Below are positions 26,901 to 41,146 of a DNA stretch of 64,000 bases, one piece after another. Origin of the DNA: Takakia lepidozioides (taxonomy: Eukaryota; Plantae; Bryophyta); assembly GCA_030704615.1 (NCBI GenBank), contig CM060731.1:41664001-41728000 (forward strand), in the 5' to 3' direction. The notes beneath the pieces are model-generated. The model was not told the origin of the DNA. It did no database searches and saw only the letters and a list, made by a program, of their open reading frames with translations. The translations under genes were made by a program, and so were the position numbers. Position 1 is the stretch's first letter, and each line of letters opens with the position of its first letter.

Positions 26901-29151
26901 AGTTGCTGATCCCATACTTATAGACTGAACCTCCTGGTTCTTTCCAAAGATGAGAGCACCAGCAGGAAGGATCCCACCCTGTTGGCAGAAAAGAAAGGCC
27001 AGAGGCCCCGTGTCCCTTTCTTCGTACAACGTCAAAAAACTACACTTTATGTCAGACAGGATGGTTATTGTGCTCCAACGTAATAGAGTTACACCCAATT
27101 GACTGGAGGGATGAGTGAAGCACCTTTGGGTGTGTCAGTTTCTGTCGAAAGGGACTCCTCCACGGGAATAGTTGCCTCACCAGTTGGAGTCACACGGGGA
27201 CGCCGAGGAGTGGCAGGCCTGAGTAGCACAGTGCCCCCAACTCCTGAGCTTGTTCTCCCCAAAGATCTGTTCTTGTTAACAGGTACTGACAACGAGCGTG
27301 CAATGTTTACTTTGTCTGATCCATTCTTCACTGATACATTCTGCACACCACACTATTGAAGCTCAGGAGTCTAAATTCTTGAGTAAGGCACCTCCACCTT
27401 ACAAATCCTGGCAGATGTTGTCTGCTGTGAAGACTTACATACTGTAGGTAGCCCACCATATTGCTCATCCACTTGTGCTGGACTTTTACATCTTGTCACT
27501 GGTAGAAGGAGAATCCCTTTGATTTACGTATGTTGGTGATGAAAGGAGCATTACGCAGAGGATATAAGTAATGCATGCTAGAAAGCTTGGTACAATCACA
27601 CAACAGAAGCATATAGATGCCCCCACACAATATTCACCAGAAAGACATCCAAGCCACGTATACAGCTACAGAGGGGGATCGGCCTGGGTTAATACCCATT
27701 CAGCCAATCACATCATGATCACAAAATGCAACAAGCTTCTCACTTTCAAATGTGGCTGGCATTTGTCCCATTCCTTTCTACTTCCAAAACTTTGTGCACC
27801 CGTTATCACAACCGAGGCAAAAAATATCAAGGGGCCAAAGTTCTTTGAATTTGAAGAGATACCTCCATAGGAACATCTTGAGCCACAGCTTGCCCTCGGC
27901 CTTGTCCAGGGATTGGTGTGACTGGCAAAGATGACGTCCTCTTTGAAGACAGAGGTGTAAAATTCCTTGGCAGCGATAGAGAACCTCCACTAGATGGTGG
28001 AGTCTCAAGTCCTCGCAAGGCCGATGGTGTCAGAGGGGGTTGGATAACTTTATCTGGTGTCCCTCTGGATCGTAAGCCTGGCCTAGGCAGCAGCCCTCGG
28101 GTTGAAAATTTCCCAGACTTACTGGGGGCCAGTAGAGGTGGGCAATTCACTTGTATGCTGCTGCTGAGCTCTGTGCCATCCATCGATCGTGGTGGAATAA
28201 GCAACTTTGCTAGGCCTGGTCGCCGGTCCATGGATGCCACAGGGGCTCCATTTTCCCCTGGGGGCACCGTAATTGTCACCTGCATGTCGCCCACACATTG
28301 GAGGGCAGGGAGGGGTAAGTCATGCGACAACCCACAGTTGTTTACCAAAGAACACAATAGTAAAACCTGACTACAACCACATAAACTGTGGTTCCAGCCT
28401 GCACGCTCCCTGCACAAGATGCGTGGCAACAACTAGACTGGTCCTCTTCAAAGAGCCCTTCAACTCTGTTAGAACTTTATGAGCAGTTTTCCACGATAAA
28501 TTTTCCAGGTGGTCAAGCTCCAGCTGACATGGTCACCTTTACTGTTGCCAAATCAAGAAATCGATAGGATTCTCATTGCAAACTGCCAGTCCAGGTCTCC
28601 TTGTTTGTGTGTAGCACAAAGTGAATCCTTTTGCATCATACCCATCAGCACTAACATGCATACCCCAATTGAGTACAGAGACTGGCTACCAACCTTCCCA
28701 ATGGTTGTCCAGCTTAAGACATGCATGCACAGCAACCTTAAGTAGCAAAAAGGAACCATACGTGGTGATGAATTGAATATAAACCTACCATATTCTGTGG
28801 ATGCTTCTTGCACTCATATGACACTGACCCAACATAGAACTACATCCCAAACAAGCTTATAGGATTCTACGAATCACGAGTTGTTGAAGTGATTAACTTC
28901 CCCAGCCTTGAACAGAGATTCAAACTCCTTTAACAGTTATTTTAATACAATCATACTTCCTCTCGTGTCCCGTAGACATGGGTTTGAATTGAGACAGACA
29001 CGGCCGTCCCGCCAATTTTATTTTTTTTAAATCCTTCAAGAAGGGCAGAAGGAGGAAGGATGTCAGAGAAAGACGAACGGAGTCGGCATACCTCAGCTGG
29101 AGCTGAAGAGCTAGAACTGTGGTCTTGAGTCTCCATCGTCTGTGAATCCAT
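23999..29151 (-). CDS. RING-CH (RINGv/MARCH-type) membrane E3 ubiquitin ligase
   Basis: Phase-consistent exons 29092-29151, 27863-28279, 27124-27340, 25856-26153, 25063-25135, 24773-24863, 24519-24598, 23999-24331. [46 protein letters not shown] is followed by [24 protein letters not shown] and further transmembrane segments. Confidence 0.93.
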
Positions 29152-32100
29152 CCTCCCAATAGACTACGGTCACGGAACCGTCCACGTTTACCTTTCCTTA
29201 TGGAGATTAAACGCACACCACTTTTCCTAACACCTCTCCACACTCTCATCACTTCCGATAATTCCCTTCCAATTTCCATCGGCCCACCTACTCCATCGAA
29301 ACCATTGAAAATCCCGAGCCTTTGGCACACACTGACGGAACATTCCTCGCAAGACCCTCTCCAGCTCTAATAAATTCAGTCACTGTCCATCAATTCGGCC
29401 GATGCAGGAGACACACGAGATGCAGATTTCTCGAGGTAAGAACTCCTGCACCATCGCCATCTCTGCATCCTCCTTCACCAGAGAGAAGCAAGCTCGCAGA
29501 ATGAGCGATCGTCTCTCTTCTCTCTGCTCTGCTCTGCACTCACCTCGGGTTCTCTGCCCCTCATACACTCTTCACTGCCACTCTTTCCGAGACTGCTTGT
29601 TTCGGCCCTGCGTTCCAGCGGGTCGGGCCGCCTCTGCGCCAAGTGTGCGGCCGGTAACTTGTCCAACTGCGGTTAACTCTAGGATGAACAGAGTCGCACC
29701 AAGCGGGTCTCTCTGTTCCCCCGTCCGTGGATGACAAGCACATGATCATCGTCAGTCATCCTCAATGTCAACTGGTTGGTCAGTTTTTATTATTATTATT
29801 ATTATTATTTATGGTATTTGTTTTCTAGGTAGAAAAAATATATATATGATTGCCTATTTATGTCTATGAGACTCGATGTCCGATACAGTTAACCTGGCGT
29901 GTAGGTGCACGTGGCATTGCGACGACGGATGTCGTCCGTTCGATGGATGCGAGCTGTACGTTCATACAGGGAGACGACAAGGTCAAATGTGTGCGGGCCG
30001 GGGGGCCCGCTGAATCGACGGGCACCTGGCGCGGCACGGTAGGCACGTGGCCGTAGGATCCGGCTGAGAGGATGACTGTGGAAGTAAAGTTTGGTAACTA
30101 ACGGAAAAGGCACGTGAGACCTACTTGTGCTTCCTGTTGCTAACGGACTGCTAGCTTTGCCATTGGACAGGTGGCGAGATTCCGATTTGAGGGATAGTCC
30201 AAAACTTAGGATTGCTTGTTTCTTTTTTTTTTCCCTTTTAGTAATCTTGGTAGGTACATACTACATACCTACCCTTTTCCGACATTCAACTCTACAAAAA
30301 CCATTCCATAAATAGCCTCATCAGAAAAGGGTATCTCGGTACAATGGATGCTATTTACACGTATCTATTTTTACTCCCAGCCCCCTCATGATTCCAGTGT
30401 TTTTCTTTCTGGCGAAAAATCGCCAGATTTCGACCTGTAAACTACGTCAGCTACTTGTACAAAGGAATTATGGGGGGTAAAATCTGATTTTTTCGCCAAA
30501 AAGCAGCAGCAGATAAATTTCAGGGGCCTAATCTTGCCGACGTGGACCAGTTAAAATGTGCCACCTGGAATATAGCCAACGTTTCTAACTCTGACACCTT
30601 GATATTCTCGCCACATGGGCCCTGGGTAGAATTCACAAGTACGTGGCCCCACCAGCGATTTTGGAAATATGAAAAAAAAAACACTGTGCTCATCCCCTCC
30701 CTAGAAGCTACTAAGCTTAGAGCGTCCTTCCATGTGGGAGGAGCCCGCCCCGCAAAAGGAGTTTGCTGAGTTCAAATAGCCGGGTTCTTGAGCGTGTTTC
30801 CACAATCATGTGGAGCTCGGCGACCAGGTGCTCTATTTGGACTTTGGCGTGCAGGTAAGCGTGATTTTAGTGTGATGTGGCAGGTAAGTGGACACTGCAT
30901 TCAATTCACGATACTCGACTACTGCCGAGCTCCCATCCCATCCCATTTTATGGGGGTGCACTACAAACTCGCTAGCTCGGTGACCGGGCTCTGCCGCCCC
31001 ATGCATGGAAGCGATATGCGTACCCGGCCATTTTTGTCTGTCCCTTAAACGTTGGCTGGGTACATGGAAGCTGGCCTAACCCTCGCTGTGCTGTACTACA
31101 CTAAAGCACATACTAATATGAGAATCTCTCATGTTAGTTTTAGAATGTTATATAGGCCCCAATTTGGTGTCTTCTATTGGGGGTAAGATAACAGGGAACT
31201 GACGTGAGGCGGGACACCTGCCACTAGCCGACAAGACACTGAAAATCCCATGCACTTGCATGAGGGATGGATTAATTGAGTGGTTCAGATCGACCAGAAT
31301 ATGTGCGTAAGATTTTCAGTGACATATTCCAGAATCATAATCTTGGAAATGGGAAGCCACCTCTACTACTTGCTAAAGGAATAATCCAACCCCCTTTCGG
31401 TGAAAAGGAAACTGGCACATGGACACATATAAGGCCCTTTAATTATATAGACAATAGTACCCGCCAATGAAGAGGCTCTTATTTACGCTAACTTCTTGGT
31501 TGGTGTCAAATACAGACTATACCGGCCTACGCTATTCGTTGAGCCTCCGCCAAAATAATAAATAAATGTGGTTCGCTATGCTCTTTGAAGTATCCGCAGT
31601 TTCGGCACTTATCATGATATATAACATAGAAGCACAAACTCTACTCAAGTGTGTGAACAATCTAGATTTGGTAGCACATTGGATGTTGCTTGAGCAAATG
31701 TTTAAATTATGCTTGGAATGTCGGCACTTGGAGAATATTAGTTTTTCTTTTCCAGCAGCCTACTTTTTTATTTAAATTATTGTTGGGCCATAGGCAGAGA
31801 GTAGGGAGCGGAGTTCCGTAGTTTGCAATGAGAGGCAGATTCGGACTTAGCTTTTTAAGTCCCCTATCTACCTCGTCCTCCCCCGCCCCTCCCCACACCC
31901 CTTGGCTGGCTTACTGTGTGACCTTCAACCTCAAAGTTCGTGCATAGCCACCCTTCATTACAGATGTCATGTTTGCTGTCATCAGAAGAAGAAGAAGACT
32001 CCGGCCAAAGCCGGCGTAACTAAGAGCCACTTCGCTTGCGACTACTGCCCCTTTTGAGGGTGGGCCCTATGCGTTTGCTGTCATACTAGAGCGCCGACAG

Positions 32101-33017
32101 CTTGGTGCTTGCATGCGCGACTGCTCTCCTTTCTTCCTTTTTCTCCCCCTTTAAATTGCTCTTGACGGCCAAGTAATGGTGCTCACTCCTGCTTGTTTCA
32201 AAGATTTATCGCTTTGTGCCTCCTTCCGTTAATTCGCCACTTGAAGACCAAAGCCCACTTAGACTTCATTGGCGCGTAATGCCCACTGATACATAGTCAC
32301 GTTTCTACTAATTAATTGATTCATGGTTGTTGTTTGCTGTTTTTTTTTGGGGGCCCTACCTTTGCAGAGCCCACTATTTATTAATTTAGTAGGTAGTAAG
32401 AGGGGGGCCTCCCTTATATAGCCTCCCAGGGCGGTGGGACCCTTCTAGAAGCCCACCGACCGTGGGACCCTTCTAGAAGGCCCTGGACACATGTCAACCC
32501 TACAAGACTCCCTATTCTAAATTGGCCAATTCCTCGTTCTTTTTTTGGACCCCCTCATCTCATTCCTTAATACACGTGGCCTCCCTACATAGGCGCCCCA
32601 CTCTAATTCATGGGCCACAGTAATTCCTGGACCACTCTAGAATCAGGGCAAGAATGAAACTGCTCTATATATTGCCCTTCTCTGCCTAGATTCTTTGGTG
32701 TCTCTTAATTGCTTGTTATATGGCAAGTCCCCCAGCCATCTCTTCTTATGGCCACTGGCCTATAGTTTCTCTCAATGTCTGTTTTTAGCCTCTTCGACCG
32801 CCAAGGTTGGCCCTCATTCTTCTACATCGTTCTTGGTTACTAGGTATTCCCCATAGAAAACACTTTATAGCCCCCGGGAGTTTATTCTTCCTCATGTAAA
32901 CCCTCTTTTTAATATAATTTTCAGGGCCTCTGTCCATTTTTTTATTTAAAAAAATAAACAATGAAATAATAATAATAATAATAAAATAACAGAGTTGTCA
33001 AGTAGTTTATGGGACAC

Positions 33018-33046
33018 CGTCCGCGGCGTACGGACGCATCTTCTAG
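33018..33046 (+). mobile_element. Probable Helitron 3' terminus
   Basis: GC-rich hairpin cgtccg-N7-cggacg followed 6 nt later by CTAG then T; 5' end not determined. Confidence 0.45.
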
Positions 33047-34260
33047 TTTATCTACTTTTGGTTCTAGTATCAATAAGGTTCTCAAGTAGGTTATCAACCT
33101 CATATCCTATCCATGAGGCAGTTTTAAAATTTTCTTTTGTTAAGTTTAGAAAGAGACGAACTAAAGCCGAGAGAGAAAAGATGCCGACCAGGCCTACATA
33201 ACTAAGAGCCACTTCACTTTTGGCGGTCAGGATTGGGCTCTATAATGATGGACATCTACTTGAGAAGGGGTTTAATGTCTAGAGGTTAGTTAATTTCCAG
33301 TTTATGTTTGTTGGTGATAGGGGTTGTAAAGGAGCATATTATGGTGGTTAGATTTATTTGTTTGAAGCATGCAATGATGGTTTGATTGATCGACTTTAGG
33401 GTATTCATGAAGTGATAAATGTTGTGGATATGGATGCCACCTAGGATCTCGGCTGTGATGACTACGAGGAGAATAACCAGATGCGGTCATATAGAGCAGT
33501 AGTGAGTTAGAGGTAATTTTCATGCCCAAATGTCTTTATAACCTAATAATCAATAACTAGTGCTTCAGAGAGAGAAAACTTCATCTAAAGTTGGCGTAAC
33601 TAAGAACCACTTTGCCTTGTAGCTATTGTCATCTTTCAAAGGGTGGGCCCAATAAGAAAACAGGCGCGGTAGCCCCTTTAGGGATACCTCTGAGAGAATG
33701 CATTCTACTTTGCGTTTGTAAGGGAGAGAATGTATTCTAATTTGACAATGAGGGAGTGACTAGTAGTTGAGATGGATATCTTTTACGCATTTGTGAATGG
33801 ATGTAATTGGAGTATTGAAGGTATTATATATAGTATTTATATTGTCATTGTGTATCTCGCATCCGGTGCTCGTAGTGATGACGGTTAGGGGGTCTGGTAT
33901 TCCACCCTCACTGCCGGATTGCAAAATTGAGCGATGCATAATTATGTCATTTTAACAAGATGGAGGAGTCAGGGTAACGATCGTGGACCGATGGTTCAAC
34001 TTATAATAGATTGGATACCCCATATACCATCTTTACCTCTGTAAAGCCCCATATTTGCTTAGCCTAGAAATGGCCCGTTTCATCCAAAATGGTGATACAC
34101 ATCCGTAGTATATTTTTTTGGCGTATAAAGCCGTTAAACCGTTACAATGATATCTAGGTTAGGGTTAGTTTTGGCTGGTGGCTCAATCCTGGCCCTTCAT
34201 CAGATCTAGGGCTACAAGACGGTGCCGTGGGCTTTGGCTTGTGACGCCTCGCCATGCGGC

Positions 34261-37200
34261 GGAGGTTTACTATTTCATGAGCGCATGAGCCCATGAGCCT
34301 ATGAGCCTATGAGCTCATGAGCGGGCATCCGCGGAATTGGAATTTTCGTGCCTTTATTGACGGTGTTATGTCCTCTTACCTCGGTAATAGGGTCTGTTTC
34401 TCCTGGTCCAGGATGCGGAATGAGGTATTTCAGCGCCGTTATTCCCAAGAGCAGTGTGCTGAAATGGTGTTTTGAAGACATCCACCGGGGTATTTCGGCA
34501 CCGAAATTACCTCTTAAAATGTGATATAGTGCGGTATTTAATGGCGCAGAACGGGCTATTTCGGCGCCGAAATACCCAAGTGGAATGTGCTGAAGTGCCT
34601 TGTGTTGAAGGCTTCCATCGCGATATTTTGGTGCAGTAATTCATCCGTGGAATTTTTGAGGCCCATATAACGAAGGCGCGCACTAGGCTATTTCGACGCC
34701 AAATTTCCCAATAGGAATGTTAGAAACGGCAGGGTTTTCATGGCTTCAAGTTCCCGGCTCGATGGTGTGCATAAATTACTTGTAGGGTTCTTCACTGAAG
34801 TTTGCGTCTCTTCTGCTTTTATTATACATTTTGGTCGGCGGAAGAAATGTAGGGAATCGGACAAGCAGTCTGAACACAATGATTTTTCAAATCGTCAATA
34901 TTTTCATTAAGTGTTTCAGAACTGTACAACAAAAGGATCCAAATGAGACTTTGCTATGGTGAGGATCCGCTATCACTGTATGATGCATCCCCGGCCTCAT
35001 GCAAGGATGGCTGCCTTCCACCTGCCTCCGAACCTGCACTGCCGCTACCGCTGTTACTCTGAGAAGCCCTCCCCTCAAAAATACCATCCTCACCAGCCGG
35101 AACTGTCCACCTGGGTGCGGAAGTGTCATCAACATTCCCCTCGCTCTCGGACGCGGATTCTATTACGAACTTCCCTACTTTCAGCAGTCTTCTGTCCCTG
35201 ACGTCCACCTTCACGACAATGCAGTCCACCATGTAATGCCAACTGATATCTTGCGGATGCATTTCAGCAATGTACTCTGTCCAGGCAAGCATCTTGTGGT
35301 TCCAGTCCCAAACGAAGAACATCTCCCTTTCCATGTGTGCGAATGTGGGATTACTCTTCAGATAGGCTTCAAACTCGGCATTAACAGTGTGCCAGTGGGT
35401 GCCCCAATTCTGAAGCTCTTCTGCAGTGGGGCCCCTTGTGACACCCTGGTCATTCTCAATGGAAACGTAGAATGCTGCCGACCCCCGTCTGTACCCTTCT
35501 CTGAAGTTGTGCTTCAGTCGATCAATATCCCCTGGCAGTGCTTGCCTTACAACTGGAAGGCTTACCATGCGACACAAAAGAACTTTGAGGTTCTCCGGAT
35601 ACACCATGGAGCCCAAAACGCGGCCTATGTTGCTATGAGTCTCTGCTAGCAACCTGTTTGCTGCTATGTTCATGTCTCATGCGCTCATGAGCATACCTGC
35701 CACCAGTTTCTTACTTCTATCACCTCTGTCACTTCCCTCACCCCTCTCACCAGCCTGTCTACTGTCCTGGAGGTTTTGCTCCTCCGCAAGCTCCAGCAGG
35801 TTCTGATCGTCGCCAAGTCGTACCACGTTGTCGTCCGCTCCTTCTGTCAGCTGAATGGGCCGCCCTTCTGCAGATCCGACTCCCACATCTCCAACATCCT
35901 CCACCGCATCCGTGTTTTCTGAAATTGACTGCAAACCCAATATCTCCGCTTCCAGTCTCCCTAGGGGTTTTACTGGCGAAGCCATGGGCTCCTTCTGCTT
36001 CCTCGGCTTCCGAACTCTAGGTGGGCTTTTCTGAGGCGATATCTGAGGTGTTGAATGAGGACTCGCCTACCTCGATGCACTTCCACCTTGCAAGCGCAGC
36101 ACCCGGGCAGGAGTATCCAAAGTTGACTGTGTTGCCTCGCCCCCCTGCGATCCCTCCCCAGCTCCCATGTCAAACAAACAGGAAAACATGAGACACTGCA
36201 CGCAAAAAAAAAGGTGTAAAAGGAATATTGCGTATGGAGTGCTTCACATCCGCGATGCATGAATCTCTCACTAGTGGGCGATCCGAGTCTCCAGATAACG
36301 AGGTCTGCATTTCATGCATGAGACGGAGCTTAAGTCGTGTCGTCGGCGGCTTCTCAAAATCTCGCGTCCTCCTTCTCTTTGCCGGAGTCGCCTGACCTTC
36401 CACAAACTCTATGCTACCACTATGCCGCATAGGGAGAGGAAACGCAGGAGAATGTCACTGCAGAAGGGCAAGGAGCGAGAGAGCGAAGCGGTGGAACATG
36501 CAACCACTATGCACGAGCAGATGCGTAAGCAGCCACGTCTCCCGAAGCGTTGCCACCGTCCACCACATTCTGCCGTATGGGTGATGAAGAGATTGTGACC
36601 CCTGACACGTTCGCACGGATGAAGTCGACTGGAACACGACGCGTGCCAGTTCCAGCCACCAGTACAAGACGGTTTATCCGAATTGCGGCACCGAAATATC
36701 TTCCGTTCACCGGATGCTGTTCCCGGAGCAGCCTGCATTGAATGAAATATCCGCACATCATGAAACCCAACCGCCATGAAAATCCCCTGCCTATGACATT
36801 CAACAGTCAGGTCGGTACATTTCATCAGCGGACGGATGAATTTCGGCGCCAAAATTCATCCTATTCAAGTGTTTTCATACACAAACTTATGAATTTCGGC
36901 GCCGCAATTCATCGCTTCCCAAGTCCTCATCCGTCATGAGCAAACCTGTCAGTGGGATATCGGAGCCGGAATTAATTCCAGGACAGTGGAAACGGCTGCA
37001 CTTGGGCACATTTCATCCATATTTCGGCGCCGAAATTCATTACGAATATCTCCGTCCGCACGTAGACGAGGTGAAATCATCCATATTTCGGCGCCGAAAT
37101 TCATCTAGAGCGAAGACTAAATCGGCACCATGCTACGCTTTGCCGCCATCATTGCCCCTGACGGATGTTGTCCATGCCTGTTGGACTTGCCATTTCTGGA

Positions 37201-37485
37201 CATTTAACTATAATTTCGGCGCCGAAATTATACTTTATGTGCGGCAACGTCCCGTGCAAAAAAGACCACTTAATGGATATTGTCGGTTTCAAATGAAAAA
37301 AATGGCTAGAATGCAATTAATTTTGACAGAAGGGGTTCAATATGCCGATTTCTCCATTAAATGCAGAATATTCCTGTTATCTTTGTCGGAACGGGGTATT
37401 TTCAACGATTTACGGAAAATTATATCATCCAGAAGCAAAAAAGTAAGTGTCGGGTTTGGACGAATTTCGGCGCCGAAATTCATCC
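34261..37485. mobile_element. MULE-like element X, left part (original orientation)
   Basis: Terminus ggaggtttactatttcatgagc with (C)ATGAGC subterminal repeats; flank ccatgcggc; ParB-like relic ORF; AATTTCGGCGCCGAAATT motif cluster. Confidence 0.8.
34954..36430 (-). pseudogene. Element X cargo gene relic: ParB/DGQHR-like domain joined by internal deletion to the last-exon tail
   Basis: Homologous to 52754-53290 (HSNIGRVLG.MVYP, LPGDID.LK, AFYVSIEND, WG.HW, MF.VWD.NH..LAW). It then jumps directly into RWTVPAGEDGIFE, homologous to 46530-46575. Confidence 0.8.
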
Positions 37486-37498
37486 GTCGCATACAAAA

Positions 37499-38119
37499 TG
37501 TAATATTAGAGTTACTCATTGCGGACGGTAAGGATGAATAGAGGTACAAGACTAGGCAAGAGGTCAAGGTCGGCGTGGTCGTATGCACGATAAGTAAATA
37601 AGAATCAAGGCGATCTTTATAACAATGAACAAGGGTACAAGATATTTGAACATGACTTGAATACTGGAATGCTGGAAGCTGGACTGGAATACCAGATACT
37701 GGAAATTGGGCTAGGGTACTGGGAACTGAACTGAAGTACTGGAAACAAGAATAGCTTGAACTGGTGTTGGCGAGACTGAAGGGTGTCCAGTCTCGCCTCC
37801 TATATATATTGGCTATTAAGAAGCTTCCCTAAGAAGCTTCCCCTATGGAGGTTTCTTGTTGGAGAAGTTTCCAAGATTAAACAAAGGTTTCTTGATAGAG
37901 AAGCTTCCTTAAACAAATGAGATATCTTGATGGAGAAGTTTCCTCCAAATGAAGCTTCCTGAGCAGTTTCCCAAGTTACTCTTGATAATTTGATAAACTT
38001 TCGGTAACTTGGTAAGTAATGGTAAATCACGATAAGTCATGGTAACTTCCGGTAATATGGTAACTTGGTAACTTCTGGTATTTATTCCTGGTAAGTTCCT
38101 CTGGGCTATGTCCGTGACA
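37499..38119 (-). mobile_element. LTR-like sequence (solo or truncated)
   Basis: Reverse strand runs TGTCAC...ATTACA, with an internal TATA run (37801-37809) and short ggtaactt/gaagcttcc repeats; no TSD seen. Confidence 0.55.
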
Positions 38120-39989
38120 GTCTGGTCTATATAAAAACAGATGTATTTTTTTCCAGGTCCTAGTATGAGTATGAATATCATAACCATAATACCAGCTAGT
38201 ACAGCCGAGTTTGAATAATCACTCAATCTCTCAAACGCACTCGGGCGAACCACTCGCTGTGAAGCAAAGATAGTACCCACACCCAACACTACTAGATCAG
38301 ACGACTACACTATCAAGGCCCCACCCTTCAAGCCATCAACCAACTGCGAATAAGTAGGCGCCAAGACGCAGGGCCGGAAACTGTAGTGCCCTCAAGATCA
38401 AAGCCCCCGTGCCTTGTAACATTAATGACAACCAACTTCGCCCTACGTACACTAGGGCCATGATGAAGCTCCGCACTTCAAACACCAAAGAGAGGTAAAT
38501 ACAAACCAACTTCTAACCAGGTCAATTCGCGATGGTGCAGAAAACGCGACTTGATCGTTCTGGACGGTAGACGTTCTTCGTTGCGTAACTCAAGTTCTCA
38601 CCTAGCAAGCTGTCTGGCTCTGGGCACTACCGACCAGGCTTAAGCAAAGGTCTCGTGAACATGGCATCGTGATGACTGATTAATGCAGCAAGGTCACCCA
38701 TGACAGCTCTTTCCATACGCTCAATCCAAAGCTGATCCTCATCACATATCTCACGCAACAAATCATTACTTCCTGCGACAACTCGATATCCCTCTCTAAC
38801 TCTGCTGTCTGCTGCCTACTGCCTACTCTCGACATATTCAGGTCCAGGATCAACAAAGTTGTCAAAATTATAGTATTCCGGGTCACAACTATCTAGAGAG
38901 CTGTCAGATTTCTCAAACCTTGGCGACCACACCTCTGCCTCATCTAAATTGTCATAATCACTACCACCAGGAGAACCCAATGAAACAACAAGGGTTGGAA
39001 CACAAGTGGTTGGTTCAAGGAGAGGCGACGCTGGCAAGGCAACACTGCCAGGCCGCGCGCCATCGGCCGTATTAGCAACAACAAGAACGTCGGCAGAGTT
39101 AGAAACGACGGGGTTGGTTTCAACAACAGGAGGAGCAACAGGAACAACTTCAGCAGAACAAGGAGTGATGGCAGAGTTAGTTTCCACACTAGGATTAATT
39201 TCAACAACAAATTCCACACTAATATGAAGACGCATGCTCTCCCCTTCTCTACGAGCTACACAAGACAAGTCACGAACAGTAGCCATTCCCTGCAACCACA
39301 CCCCAACGTGCAATGTGAGACGACGATATCACAACAACAGGAGAAAATACGGCAAGGCGAGGAGCAGCCATTGATAACACGCATTAGCGAACCACTTAGG
39401 CAACAGGATGTGAGCAGATCCCGCGAGGAAGACCTAACTGACCCTGAAAGTGCGGGCAAGATCCACCAACGCCTATGGTACCCGGCTTCTCTCCATCATA
39501 AAACAAGCCTGAAGCATATACTCCTTTCCTCTCAAGAAGCAAGGTTTCACAACAAAGGGGCGAGCGGAAAGAACAAGCAACGCGCGAGAGGAGGATCAAA
39601 CACACGGATCTGACACAAAGCAGCTCTCATCCAAAGCTTGTACACCAAAACCACATATACACTAACACCCGAGTACACCGCCCTGACCTTGTGTCAGGGC
39701 GCCGTTTTATACAAAAGCCCTAGCTTTAGTGGCCCGCCGCATGGGGGGTTGCTATTCCATGAGCTCATGAGCTCATGAGCGGGCATGGCTCACCCATGAG
39801 CCGCAAAGTAACACACTTCGAATTTCGGCAGATTTTTTTCGGGCCCAAAACTATAAAATAATCGAAAATCGAAGATTTCCGCGCTCATGCTGGAAGCACT
39901 CCGCTCATGAGTACTAGTGTACGCTCATGACTTGGAGCCCAGGCTCATGGACCGCCAGGCCAGGTCATAGAAAAACTGAATTCTGGGCA

Positions 39990-40470
39990 ATAACGGCACC
40001 GAAATTATCCCAGAGGCAGAGACGCAAGCGGAATTAGGATCCGGGTTTGCAGACTCCGAAAACGCAATGGCGACCTATAACCGTGGATAGTACTGTTGCA
40101 GAGTGCAGGATGGTTGGGTATAACGGCGCCGTAATTGGGCACAGGAAAAGAAATAGCCGGCTGAAGGCTCGGGAGTGAAGCCAACAACGGTGAAAGTAAT
40201 TGGGCTCCGCCAACCAAATACCCGGCTGCATCCTCCGGAGTGCAGGCGATAACGGCGCCAAAATGGGTCCCGGAAACCAAATACTCGGCTGAAGCCACCA
40301 GAGTGCAGCCGATAACGGCGCCGAAATTAGGTCCGGAAACCAAATACCCGGCTGAAGGCTGGGGATTGCAACCAATAATGGCGTCGAAATTGACCTGCGG
40401 AAACAAAATTCTCGGCTGAAGCTTCCGCACTCCATCCAATAACGGCGCCGAAATTGGGCTCCGGAGAGCA
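39990..40470. repeat. ~63-bp tandem array carrying GGCGCCGAAATT half-sites
   Basis: ataacggcgccgaaattgggt.cggaaaccaaatacccggctgaag recurs at ~40120, 40249, 40312, 40375 and 40440. Confidence 0.85.
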
Positions 40471-40576
40471 AATACCCGCCTTACAGTGAGGGAGGCCTTG
40501 CTCTCATTTTGCTCTTCACTCTTCTCTGTTGTGCCCATCTCCTCCCTGCTTTGAGTTTGTGCTGTGTCGTGAGGCC

Positions 40577-41146
40577 ATGTCGTGCCCGAATCACATCTAT
40601 CGACGCCAGACGGGAGTCATTTTCCCGAAAGCAGACGACATCATTGTCTTCCTGGATGTTTACAGGGACGATCCTCGACTTGTCCAGCTAAGAGCAATGG
40701 AGTTTCTTCCAGGATTGCACGATTCTCCTGGACCCCGGCTGGGGAGCAGGTGGTTCCTACGCATCATGGACCTGGACTTTCCGCATGAGTGGGAGCCGAA
40801 CAGATCACGCACAGCGTTGCTGTATCGCTGGAATTGTTGCGAGTGGACGTATGATGAGTGCATAGGTGAAAACTTTACGCGTGGACGGACTGGCTCGGAA
40901 AGTGGGGACATTCTCTTCAGTTATGAGGATGAGGAGGAGGGGAACACAGGGCCCACTGTGAAAATGTCCTTCTACCAAGGGGCGCTATCGATAAACACGA
41001 CATCCTTGTTAGTTTCAACCGGGCGACAGAAACCACTAACATTTTGTTCAAATATAGGCACCCGGTCACTCAGGAGGTCCTTGAGAGGCCAGTTAGAGTT
41101 CCTTCTTCTTGGGCGAGGGGACCATAGGTCTTGCATGCTAGAGTAG
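40577..41146 (+). CDS. Hypothetical ~190-aa ORF inside element X
   Basis: Open frame MSCPNHIYRRQTGVIFPKADDIIVFLDVYRDD...; protein-like composition; no motif recognised. Confidence 0.35.
   Translation: MSCPNHIYRRQTGVIFPKADDIIVFLDVYRDDPRLVQLRAMEFLPGLHDSPGPRLGSRWFLRIMDLDFPHEWEPNRSRTALLYRWNCCEWTYDECIGENFTRGRTGSESGDILFSYEDEEEGNTGPTVKMSFYQGALSINTTSLLVSTGRQKPLTFCSNIGTRSLRRSLRGQLEFLLLGRGDHRSCMLE

Noticed and set aside
38816-39313. 165-aa V/P/S-rich ORF as a gene
   Set aside because: No recognisable domain and non-ATG start; lies in unclassified repeat-like DNA flanking element X.
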